DNA from: an uncultured Ilyobacter sp. | GTDB taxonomy: Bacteria; Fusobacteriota; Fusobacteriia; Fusobacteriales; Fusobacteriaceae | Assembly (NCBI GenBank): GCA_963668015.2 | Contig: CAXXCR010000012.1 | Coordinates: forward strand, 162,892 to 226,891 | Direction: 5' to 3' | Length of the DNA: 64,000 nt | Notes under the pieces: generated by a model | What the model was told of the DNA's origin: nothing | What the model saw: the letters and a program-made list of their open reading frames with translations, nothing else | The model's database searches: none | Position numbers and translations under genes: made by a program | Shown here: one piece after another, positions 9,526 to 19,000 of the stretch | Layout of the letters: each line of letters begins with the position of its first letter | How positions within the stretch are numbered: position 1 is the first letter of the stretch

Positions 9526-9554
9526 TTGACATATGGTCTTAAAAATGTTTTAAT
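9526..9554 (+). promoter_or_regulatory. Sigma70-like promoter P1 for the thrS-upstream leader unit
   Basis: TTGACA (9526-9531), 17-nt spacer, TTTAAT (9549-9554), with an extended -10 TG at 9546-9547. Confidence 0.5.
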
Positions 9555-9585
9555 TGGTGTAATCTTATTTAAGAGGAGAATTTAT

Positions 9586-9627
9586 ATGTTAGAACTTTTA
9601 ATCTCAACAACGGAAACCACAGACTAG
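9586..9627 (+). CDS. Candidate Thr-rich leader peptide (MLELLISTTETTD)
   Basis: GAGGAG RBS (9573-9578) lies 7 nt before ATG 9586. 13 codons, with 4 Thr codons at 9607-9612 and 9616-9621, stop TAG 9625-9627. Sits between promoter P1 and a strong terminator, upstream of thrS. Confidence 0.35.
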   Translation: MLELLISTTETTD

Positions 9628-9708
9628 GGTTTGTTCCTTTTTAGGTGCAAGCCCGCTGACAGTTTCAAGAGTTTGTGCCTTTGGTTGAGATTAAAGTTTT
9701 GTTGATTG

Positions 9709-9747
9709 AGGCCATTTGGGCGGTTCGCCTAAATGGCCTGTTTTGTT
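9709..9747 (+). terminator. Strong intrinsic terminator in the thrS upstream region
   Basis: 14-bp stem AGGCCATTTGGGCG (9709-9722) / CGCCTAAATGGCCT (9726-9739) with one G-T pair and loop GTT, followed by GTTTTGTT. Confidence 0.75.
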
Positions 9748-9765
9748 ATTCAGCCCTTTTAAAAC

Positions 9766-9794
9766 TTGAAAAAATAGTGGATATACTTTATAAT
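9766..9794 (+). promoter_or_regulatory. Sigma70-like promoter P2 proximal to thrS
   Basis: TTGAAA (9766-9771), 17-nt spacer, TATAAT (9789-9794). Lies downstream of the terminator and about 55 nt before the thrS start codon. Confidence 0.55.
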
Positions 9795-9848
9795 ATTCTA
9801 TATTTATAAATTGAAATGATTAAGAATTAGCATACATGAGGAGGAAAG

Positions 9849-11768
9849 ATGATTAAGGTAAGTTTGCCAAGTGGTGATGTTAAGCAATTTGAAAATGCGG
9901 TTAATATGTTTGAAATTGCAAAGAGTATAAGCAACTCCCTTGCGAAAAAAGCTCTTGCTGCAAAAGTGGACGGGGAAATGGTTGACATGAGATATATCCT
10001 AGACAAGGATGCAAGTGTTGAGATTATTACTACGGAAACAGAAGAAGGGGTTGAAGTTATAAGACACAGTGCCGCGCATTTGATGGCACAGGCAGTTATC
10101 AGGTTGTTTCCTGGAACTAAGGTAGCTATAGGTCCGTCAATAGAAAACGGTTTCTATTATGATTTTGATCCTAAAGAGCAGTTTGTAGAGGGAGACCTAG
10201 AGAAAATAGAAGCTGAGATGAAGAGAATAGTAAAAGAGGATATCAAAATAGAGAGAGTCGAGATGCCCAGAGAAGAGGCGATCAAGTATTTTGAGGATCT
10301 TGGGGAAGAGTATAAAGTTGAGATAATAAAAGAGATAGCAAAAGGTGAAATGCTGAGTTTTTACAAGCAGGGTGATTTTATAGATCTTTGTAGAGGGCCA
10401 CATGTGCCATCCACAAAGTATTTAAAAACATTTAAGTTGAGATCACTTGCAGGTGCTTACTGGAGGGGAAGCTCTGACAATAAAATGCTTCAAAGGATAT
10501 ACGGTTTTGCATTTGCAAGCGACAAGGAGCTAAAGACTCACCTGAAATTCCTTGAAGAGGCTGAAAAAAGAGACCATAGAAAACTTGGAAAAGAGCTTGA
10601 ACTGTTTTTCATGTCCGACTATGGACCGGGATTCCCGTTCTTTATGCCTAAGGGGATGGAGTTAAAAGATACACTGATGGATTTGTGGAAGAGAGAGCAT
10701 AAAAAAGCAGGGTACAGCATGATACAAACTCCCATAATGCTTAATAAAGAACTTTGGGAGACATCAGGGCATTGGTTCAATTATAGAGAGAACATGTACA
10801 CTTCGGAAATAGACGAAAATGAATTTGCAATAAAACCAATGAACTGTCCTGGAGGAATGTTGGCTTATAAAAACGGGCTTCATTCGTATAAAGATCTTCC
10901 TCTTAGAGTGGGAGAGTTCGGCCACGTTCATAGGCATGAGTTTTCAGGAGCCTTACATGGGTTGTTCAGAGTAAGATCATTTACTCAGGATGATACGCAT
11001 GTATTTATGACAAAAGACCAGATAGAAGATGAAGTAATCAGAATAATAGATCTGTATGATAAGTTTTATACATTGTTTGGTCTTAGCTACCAGATAGAGT
11101 TATCTACAAAGCCTGAAAAAGCTATAGGTTCTGACGAAATTTGGGAGATTTCCGAAATAGCCCTTGCAAATGCAGTAAAAAGATCTGGAAAAGATTATAA
11201 ACTTAATCCTGGGGACGGAGCGTTTTATGGACCTAAGTTAGACTTTAAATTAAAAGATGCTATTGGAAGAATATGGCAGTGTGGAACTATACAGCTTGAT
11301 ATGAATCTTCCTGAAAGATTTGACCTGTTCTATATAGGCGAAGACGGAGAAAAACATAGACCTGTAATGATACACAGAGCTATGTACGGAAGTATAGAAA
11401 GGTTTATGGGTATTCTTATAGAGCACTATGCCGGAGCTTTCCCTCTATGGCTTGCACCTACTCAAGTAAAAATACTTACTATAAACGACGACGTTGTTCC
11501 GTATGCAAAAGAGGTTGCTGAACTCTTGGAAGCTGAAGGTATAAGGGTAGAGATTGACAGCAGAGCCGAGAAGATAGGTTATAAAATAAGGGAAGCAAAC
11601 GGGAAATATAAAATACCTGTACAGCTTATAATTGGTAAGTCTGAAGTGGAAAACAAAGAGGTAAATGTAAGAAGGTTCGGATCAAAAGACCAGGCTACTC
11701 AAAATCTGGACGAGTTTATTGCTCAGATAAAAGAGGAAGCAAAAGTAAAATTTGACGGGGATAAGTAA
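9849..11768 (+). CDS. thrS: Threonine--tRNA ligase
   Basis: 639 aa. TGS N-terminus, editing-domain HSAAH motif, class II core (FRVRSFTQDDTHVF, GAFYGPKLDF), C-terminal anticodon-binding domain. GAGGAGG RBS. Confidence 0.97.
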   Translation: MIKVSLPSGDVKQFENAVNMFEIAKSISNSLAKKALAAKVDGEMVDMRYILDKDASVEIITTETEEGVEVIRHSAAHLMAQAVIRLFPGTKVAIGPSIENGFYYDFDPKEQFVEGDLEKIEAEMKRIVKEDIKIERVEMPREEAIKYFEDLGEEYKVEIIKEIAKGEMLSFYKQGDFIDLCRGPHVPSTKYLKTFKLRSLAGAYWRGSSDNKMLQRIYGFAFASDKELKTHLKFLEEAEKRDHRKLGKELELFFMSDYGPGFPFFMPKGMELKDTLMDLWKREHKKAGYSMIQTPIMLNKELWETSGHWFNYRENMYTSEIDENEFAIKPMNCPGGMLAYKNGLHSYKDLPLRVGEFGHVHRHEFSGALHGLFRVRSFTQDDTHVFMTKDQIEDEVIRIIDLYDKFYTLFGLSYQIELSTKPEKAIGSDEIWEISEIALANAVKRSGKDYKLNPGDGAFYGPKLDFKLKDAIGRIWQCGTIQLDMNLPERFDLFYIGEDGEKHRPVMIHRAMYGSIERFMGILIEHYAGAFPLWLAPTQVKILTINDDVVPYAKEVAELLEAEGIRVEIDSRAEKIGYKIREANGKYKIPVQLIIGKSEVENKEVNVRRFGSKDQATQNLDEFIAQIKEEAKVKFDGDK

Positions 11769-11783
11769 TAAAGCGAATAGAAG

Positions 11784-11819
11784 ATCGGAGGCGGATAAAT
11801 CCAGCCTTCGATTTTTTTA
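11784..11819 (+). terminator. Intrinsic terminator after thrS
   Basis: ATCGGAGGC / GCCTTCGAT stem (one G-T pair) followed by T7. Confidence 0.6.
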
Positions 11820-11882
11820 TCCTAAATTTATAAAGATCAGAAAAAATGGGCCTGAAAGCAGGTGTCTTTTATTTTCAAATGA

Positions 11883-11911
11883 TTGAAAAAACAGTATAGA
11901 TATGGTATAAT
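11883..11911 (+). promoter_or_regulatory. Sigma70-like promoter
   Basis: TTGAAA (11883-11888), 17-nt spacer, TATAAT (11906-11911), with TGG immediately upstream of the -10. Confidence 0.5.
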
Positions 11912-11968
11912 TTTTAAATTACGTAGTTTTTTAAGTAGGGATAAATATTAAGTGTAAAAGGTGGAGAA

Positions 11969-12358
11969 ATGAGAAACAGTGTTATTTTGAGAAGAGAGAA
12001 AAACATAGGAGATATAGGACTTATAGCTAAATGGGAAAATGACCTGGAATTAGGGTCATATTTTTTGCCAAAATATAGGGGAAACAGAGATTTTGAGGGT
12101 GTAGAAAAAATTGAAATAATAAAAAATATGGGGAAATACAGCAAAACCATCTATATGGTGGAATATGACGAAAAAACAATTGGGTACGCCAGTTATGATA
12201 CAGGATTAAACGCAGCTGATGAAGATGAAAAATCAGCCTGGGTAAATATAGTTTTGGGGGATAAAAGTTACCTGAACAAAGGGATAGAAGAGATAGTTGT
12301 CCTGGAAATAGAAAGAGAACTTGGACGTAGAGGGGTAAATAGGCTTGAGTTCAATTAA
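11969..12358 (+). CDS. GNAT-family N-acetyltransferase-like protein, apparently C-terminally short
   Basis: 129 aa. N-terminal RimJ/RimL-like pattern (ILRREKNIGDIGLIAKWENDLEL). Ends shortly after ...GRRGVNRLEFN, where GNATs usually continue through the last beta strands. Confidence 0.5.
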   Translation: MRNSVILRREKNIGDIGLIAKWENDLELGSYFLPKYRGNRDFEGVEKIEIIKNMGKYSKTIYMVEYDEKTIGYASYDTGLNAADEDEKSAWVNIVLGDKSYLNKGIEEIVVLEIERELGRRGVNRLEFN

Positions 12359-12487
12359 CGAAAAGAGTACTCTATATGTACTAAGTTTATATGTTATATA
12401 GTTTTATTTATAAAAAGAATGTTTTTAATGGATTTTTTTAGGAAATGTATAGACGAGAATGGGGAAAGATCTATAAAGGAGATAGGT

Positions 12488-13447
12488 ATGAACGATAAAT
12501 TTAAGGTGTACGTGGCTCCCATAGCCGGTGTGACCGATTATAGCTATAGAAGAATATTAAACGAATTTGACCCTGACCTGCTTTTTACAGAAATGGTGAG
12601 CGCCAATGCCGTTATGATGGCAAATGAAAAAACTGTAAACCAGCTTTTAAAACTGAATCCGGGTGATGGTGTGCAGATATTTGGAAGAGATATAGAGTAT
12701 ATGAAAGACAGTGCTAAGTTTGCCGAAAAAGCAGGCGCTAATCAGATCGACGTAAACCTGGGATGCCCAATGCCCAAAATAGTAAAAAACGGGTACGGGT
12801 CAGCGCTGTTGTCAGACCCAGAGCATGTAAGAAAGATGATGCATGAAATAAAGGGTGTTTTAAGTGATGACACAACCCTTTCTATGAAAATAAGGATAGG
12901 GTATAAGGAGCATAAAAATCCGCTGGAGATGGCAAAAATCGCAGAAGAACTTGGATTAAGCCATATAACTATACACGGAAGAACCAGGGAGCAGATGTAC
13001 AGTGGCAAGGCCAACTGGGAAGTTATAAAAGAGGTCAAAGAAAGCGTTTCCATACCGGTAATCGGGAACGGAGACATATTTACAGCTGCAGATGCCTTGG
13101 ACAAAGTAAAACTTTCAGGTGTAGACGGGGTTATGCTTGCCAGAGGGATGTTTGGAAACCCTTGGCTGGTAAAACAGACAAGGGAATTATTGGAAACTGG
13201 TGAGATCAAAACAGAGGTGACAGCCAACGATAAAATAGATACGGCAATAAAACACATTGAATATGTAATGGAAGATGTAAAAGAGAGGGAGTTTTACTTT
13301 GAGATAAGAAAGCACCTTTGTTGGTATATAAAAGGGCTTAAGCACTCAAGCCATGCAAAAAACCTGATAAACAGATCGCAGAATTACAAGGAACTTTTGG
13401 ATATTTTAGAGAAACTTAGAGAGATAAACACAAGAGACGAGGTGTAA
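12488..13447 (+). CDS. dusB: tRNA-dihydrouridine synthase
   Basis: Dus signature (VAPIAGVTDYSYR, IDVNLGCPMPK, ITIHGRTREQMYSG). ATG 12488 has an AAGGAG RBS. The ORF-track start at 12419 lacks one. Confidence 0.85.
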   Translation: MNDKFKVYVAPIAGVTDYSYRRILNEFDPDLLFTEMVSANAVMMANEKTVNQLLKLNPGDGVQIFGRDIEYMKDSAKFAEKAGANQIDVNLGCPMPKIVKNGYGSALLSDPEHVRKMMHEIKGVLSDDTTLSMKIRIGYKEHKNPLEMAKIAEELGLSHITIHGRTREQMYSGKANWEVIKEVKESVSIPVIGNGDIFTAADALDKVKLSGVDGVMLARGMFGNPWLVKQTRELLETGEIKTEVTANDKIDTAIKHIEYVMEDVKEREFYFEIRKHLCWYIKGLKHSSHAKNLINRSQNYKELLDILEKLREINTRDEV

Positions 13448-13453
13448 GAAATA

Positions 13454-16084
13454 ATGGCTAAAGAAACACCGCTTATGAAGCAGTATAAAGAAATAAAATC
13501 CCAGCACAAAGATTCCATCCTTTTTTTCAGGCTGGGTGACTTTTATGAGATGTTTTTTGAAGATGCGGTGATAAGCTCTAAAGAATTGGGGATAACTCTC
13601 ACTAGCAGAAATAAAGAGAAAGACCAAGAGGTACCGCTTGCAGGTATACCTTTTCATTCAGCTGCATCATATATAAGCAAGTTAGTGGCCAAGGGATATA
13701 AGGTGGCCATATGCGAACAGGTAGAAGACCCGAAAGAAGCCAAAGGTATCGTGAAAAGAGAGGTAGTAAAGATAATAACTCCGGGGACAGTTATAGACAC
13801 GGAATATCTGGATGAAAAGAGCAATAACTACCTTTTGGGGATAAAAATTTCAGACGAGTCAGCTGCACTTGCATATGTGGATATAACAACAGGTGAATTT
13901 AGAACCACTGAAGTTGTAGGCGAAAACCTGATATTTAAAGTCCTAAACGAGGTGCACAAGGTTGCTCCGAATGAAATAGTTTTAAATGAAGCCAATTACG
14001 AAAAATACAGTGCTGAGCTTGAAAATTACGCCTCTTTGAGCGAGGTGGTTATAAATAAAATCAGGGAGCCTAAAAATAGTGAAGAGCTGCTGAAGGAGTA
14101 TTTTGGGATTGTTTCTTTGGAAAGCTACGGCCTTTCTCATAAAGAACTTGTGGTTCAGGCCTGTGGGATGACTTTGAATTATGTTTTGGAGCTGCAAAAA
14201 TTTGCAGAACTGCCAATAGACAAAATATCCTATGACAGCAGGGAAGAGTATATGGAGCTTAACCTGACTACACAGAGAAACCTGGAGCTGATACAAAATC
14301 AAAATGAAAAGACCAGCCACGGAACGCTGCTTTGGGTTCTGGACAGGTGTAAGACATCTATGGGTACCAGACTTTTGAAAAGGATTATAAAAAGTCCGCT
14401 TCTAAACTCGGTTAAAATAAGAGAGAGACAGGAAGATATTGGCCATTTTATAGAAGAAGTATTGGTACGTGAAGAGGTAAAGGAAAAATTAAAAGAAGTA
14501 TACGACCTTGAAAGGCTTATGGGGAAAATAATACTTGGAACAGAGAATGCCAGAGATCTCATAGCTATGAAAAAATCAGTGAAGTCGGTACTTGAAATAA
14601 TAAAAGTCTTGGGTGAAAAACAGGTATTCCAAACGGATATAGAGAGACTTATATCCGTATACAATCTAATTGAAAAAGCTATCTGCGACGAACCTCCTTT
14701 TTCTGTTAGGGAAGGAAACATGATAAAGAGGGGATATAACGAGCACCTTGATGAACTTCATGAAATATCCAAATCTGGTAAGGACTACCTTTTGGCTATA
14801 GAGAGCAAGGAGAAGGAAAAAACAGGTATAAGGAACCTAAAGGTGAAGTACAATAAAGTTTTCGGGTATTTTCTGGAGGTTACGAAATCAAATGTACACC
14901 TTGTGCCAGATGACTATATAAGAAAACAGACACTTACAAATTCCGAAAGATATATAACATCGGAATTGAAAGAGTATGAATCCAAGATATTAAACGCTAA
15001 AGAGAAAATAGAAGCCTTGGAGTACGAACTTTTTAAGGAGATATCTGCTGAAATAAAAGAGTCAAAACTCCTTGTAAAGGAGCTTGCTTACGGGGTTTCC
15101 TACTTAGATGTAGTTATATCTCTGTCTGACGTGGCCACGAAAAATAACTATGTCTGCCCTGAGATAGGCGAGGGCTATGAACTTGAAATAAAAGATGCCA
15201 GACATCCAATAGTTGAAAAGCTCATAGGTGAGGAGGAGTTTGTTAAAAACGATATAAAACTGGATGAAAAAGAAAGGGTAGTAATACTGACAGGGCCGAA
15301 CATGGCCGGGAAATCTACTTATATGAAGCAGAACGCCCTTATAATACTTATGGCTCAAATAGGTTCATACGTGCCGGCATCATATGCCAAAATAGGTGTG
15401 GTGGACAAGATATTCACAAGGGTAGGGGCAAGTGATGACTTGGTCAGTGGGCAATCTACATTCATGGTTGAGATGAGCGAGGTAGCCAATATAGTCAACA
15501 ACTCAACTGAAAACTCATTTGTTATATTGGATGAAGTCGGGAGAGGAACATCTACTTTTGACGGGATATCCATAGCCAGCGCCATAACAGAGTACATACA
15601 CAACAAGATAGGAGCAAAAACAATATTTGCAACTCACTACCATGAGCTCACAGAGTTGGAAAATAAATATGACAAGGTAATAAACTTCAGAATAGAGGTA
15701 AAGGAAACCGAGGAAAGTGTAATATTTTTGAGGGAGATAGTCAGGGGCGGAGCAGACAAGTCCTACGGTATAGAGGTAGCCAGATTGGCTGGTCTGCCAA
15801 AAGAGATACTGAAAAAATCAAAGCAGACTCTGAAGATGCTGGAAGAAAAGCGGGCTATCATAGAGAAAAAAATCAAAGGGGAGCAGCTGCTGCTTTTTGG
15901 AGGGCAAAATATGGTGCCTGAGACAGAAGAGATAGAAGAGGTTGAAGAAGTAAAAGAGGTACTGAGCGAAGAGAAAAAAATAGTTTTGGAAGAAATAGAA
16001 GCTGTAGATCTCAACAACCTAACGCCGTTGGACGCACTTATAAAATTAAACGAACTCAAGAAAAAGTTGAGAGAGGAGATATAG
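13454..16084 (+). CDS. mutS: DNA mismatch repair protein MutS
   Basis: 876 aa. N-terminal mismatch-binding motif (FFRLGDFYEMFFEDA), Walker A GPNMAGKST, STFMVEM, DEVGRGTSTFDG. Confidence 0.97.
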   Translation: MAKETPLMKQYKEIKSQHKDSILFFRLGDFYEMFFEDAVISSKELGITLTSRNKEKDQEVPLAGIPFHSAASYISKLVAKGYKVAICEQVEDPKEAKGIVKREVVKIITPGTVIDTEYLDEKSNNYLLGIKISDESAALAYVDITTGEFRTTEVVGENLIFKVLNEVHKVAPNEIVLNEANYEKYSAELENYASLSEVVINKIREPKNSEELLKEYFGIVSLESYGLSHKELVVQACGMTLNYVLELQKFAELPIDKISYDSREEYMELNLTTQRNLELIQNQNEKTSHGTLLWVLDRCKTSMGTRLLKRIIKSPLLNSVKIRERQEDIGHFIEEVLVREEVKEKLKEVYDLERLMGKIILGTENARDLIAMKKSVKSVLEIIKVLGEKQVFQTDIERLISVYNLIEKAICDEPPFSVREGNMIKRGYNEHLDELHEISKSGKDYLLAIESKEKEKTGIRNLKVKYNKVFGYFLEVTKSNVHLVPDDYIRKQTLTNSERYITSELKEYESKILNAKEKIEALEYELFKEISAEIKESKLLVKELAYGVSYLDVVISLSDVATKNNYVCPEIGEGYELEIKDARHPIVEKLIGEEEFVKNDIKLDEKERVVILTGPNMAGKSTYMKQNALIILMAQIGSYVPASYAKIGVVDKIFTRVGASDDLVSGQSTFMVEMSEVANIVNNSTENSFVILDEVGRGTSTFDGISIASAITEYIHNKIGAKTIFATHYHELTELENKYDKVINFRIEVKETEESVIFLREIVRGGADKSYGIEVARLAGLPKEILKKSKQTLKMLEEKRAIIEKKIKGEQLLLFGGQNMVPETEEIEEVEEVKEVLSEEKKIVLEEIEAVDLNNLTPLDALIKLNELKKKLREEI

Positions 16085-16099
16085 AATTAGGGGGATGTT

Positions 16100-19000
16100 A
16101 TGCTGAAAAAAATTCTATACATATTGGGAGCTCTTTTATTTGCTTTGTTTATATACTTTAATTATTTTAAAGAGGATTCTCCTCTGAACTTTGATTTAAG
16201 CAATATAATAGAGACTAGGGGAGTGGTTTATAGGTCTAAAGACTATAAACTAAGAGCTGAAACACAGATCGATGATATTGAAAAGAAAGAAACTTCGTTT
16301 GAAAAAGCCAAAGCTATTTTCAAAAATATGAGCATAAGCTCTGATAGTGCAATGATAGATACCTTAAAAAACCTTGTTTTACATGGCAACATAGTCGGGG
16401 TTGGGAAAAACGGCTGGAATCTTAATGCTAACAAAGCCAGGTATTCTTCTACGTCTGAGAAACTTTATTCAGAAGGCGGTGTTCACGCATACAACGAGGA
16501 AAAGAAAATAGCTATATATGGGGACAAGTTTGAAAGTGACAAAAAAATGGAGGACATGATACTGTCCGGGAACATAAGAATGGAATCCCAGGGATTGAAG
16601 TTAAAGGGCGAGGAAGCTCACTACAACAACAGCACAGAGCTGCTGGAAATGGATGACGGCATAGAATTTTCTGCTGTTCAAGAAGATGGCGGCACTCCTG
16701 TGACCGGAAGTTTCGACGAATTAGAGTACGACGGAAAGAAAAAACTAGTCAGGGGCTGGGGGAATGTCGTTGCCAAGTACAACGGTATAGAGATGATGGC
16801 CGAGGAGTTTATATATTATGAAGACAGCGGCGACTTCGAACTATTGGAAAACCTGAAAGCTGTCGGTGATGACTTGGATTTGGGCTTGAAAAAGATATAC
16901 TATGACAGTTCAAAAAAAGAGATGCTGCTTTACGGGGAAATCAAAGGAAAAAGCGGTGAGTACAGTTTTTCTGCCGCAAACGGTGTGTACTATCTTGAAA
17001 GCAAGCTTTTGGTGCTGAATGGAAAAGTGTCTATACTGGGTGAAAAAGGTGACACAGTGAAAGCCGAACTTATTGAGTACAACACTGATAGCGGTGTTGC
17101 ACTGTTTTCGGCTCCCCAAAAAGGTGTCGTTGAGTATATATCTGGAAAAGAAAGACTCAGCAGCAAAAACTTTAGGTATAACTTAAAGAGTAAGGAGATA
17201 TCAACAGAGAGTAGCTACAGGTATTCAGGAGAAAAGTACAGTAGCACCGGTGACAGCATAAATTACAATACAGAGGGTAAAAAGGGCGTATTGAAGGGCG
17301 CCAGGATAGAAGATGGCAAAAACCTTTTAAGGGCATCAGAAGCCTATGTAGATTTTACAACGTCCAAACATGTATTGAGTGGGGATGTATTTGCCAGATA
17401 CGATGGATACGAGATACGTACTGAAAGAGCAGATATAGACGAAATAGAAGAATTGATAAGATTTGACAGGCAGTTCGAGCTGAAGCAACTGGAAAATGGG
17501 GTTAAACTTTCAGGAAGCGGAGGCTACTATTCGGCAAAGGATAAATTTGCAAAGATAAGCAAGGATGCCAGGGTTTCAAATACAGAATATACAATTAAAA
17601 GTAATAGAGCTGATTATGACCTGGAGAAGGGAGAAGCACAGTTTGTAGGGGATGTACAGGCTAAGGATGTAGAAAGGGGCTACATACTGAGGTCTGACTC
17701 GGGCAAGTACAAAAAAGATCAATATATAAGCTTAGACGGCGGTGTAGAAGCTGAGGTGGACGGATATAAAATATCATCTGATAGTGCAAAGTATGACAGC
17801 ATAGAAGAGCTTTTATACCTTCCGGGCAAAGTGAAATTTTCAGATAATGACATAAGTGGTGAAATGAACGAGGGATATTATGACTCTGAGAATAAAACTT
17901 TCAGTGGAAGAAATTTTTATGCAGTACCGCAGGGAAGGAAACTGAGCGGTGAAAATGGACGATACTATTCCCAGGGAAAAATTCTGGAGCTTTCTGGAAA
18001 CGTTCTTGTAAGAGATGGAGAAATGGAAGGCAGTGCACAAAGTTTAAGGTATTATAATGCCACTTCTTACGCAGTGGCCGATAAGGGAGTAGAGCTAAAT
18101 TATTCTGGCATAAGTATGGATTCACACTGGGCAGAGATAGATATGGAAGCTGGAAAAGCGCATGGAGGCGAAGTAGTTTTCCGTGACGTGAACGGACAAA
18201 ATATAAAAGGGAATAGGTATTCTGTGGACTTCAAGGATAATGTGCTGAAGCTAAGTGAAGATGTAAGCGGTACACTTGTACTTGAAAGTTCCCCTGAAAC
18301 CAGCTCGGATTCGGAAGAGCTTTATTTTAAGAGCGGGATTTTGAATTTGTTTCTAAAGAAAGAATCAGGTAAGTATACAGCTTATAAAAGCGAGCTCAGA
18401 AACAGTGTTGATTTAGACTATGGTGATCTTAGGCTGTCAGCACAGGAGTTGTTATTAAATCATATCAGCAGAGAAGCTGAAGCTAGAGGCGGATCAAAAT
18501 TAGAGTATGCAGGTGGAAATGAGATTTTATCTGATAACTTGAATTTGATCTCGGACAATCAGATTGCAGTGGCTGACGGGAATGTAAGTGTAAAAAGTGT
18601 TTCGGAAGAAGCTGGGGAAGTCTACATAAAATCGGATAAGGCTAAGTACGACAATCTCAACAAGAAAGCTGAGTTTACAGGAAATGTGGTTCTGGAAAAA
18701 GGCGGTACCACAATGTGGGCTGATGAGACTTACTATGATTTGAAAAAGGAACAGGTCAAAGGTAAGGGGAATGTTTTTGTAGAACATCTGAGCGATGTTG
18801 AAAGTGAAAAGAAAAAAGAGGAAGCGAAAAAGGCTGTACTCTTATCAAAAATTAAATCAGCTATGCTTGATGTGCAGGTACAGGAGTTTGTAGGAAACGA
18901 CAAAGCTAAAATTGAGTTGACACCTGCTTGGAATAATGTGAATATTCAGTGGGAATCCAGTGATGCTAAGATTTTGAGTGGGGAAGGGAAGGTAAGACAC

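Noticed and set aside
9560-9747. T-box riboswitch upstream of thrS, with ACC at 9616-9618 as a Thr specifier followed by A
   Set aside because: There is no recognisable T-box/antiterminator consensus (nothing close to GGGTGGTACCGCG placed 5' of the terminator). The ACC lies on the 5' strand and falls within a predicted helix (9618-9624 / 9671-9677) rather than in a specifier internal loop. The GGGCGG resemblance sits in the apical part of the terminator stem, which is the wrong position.
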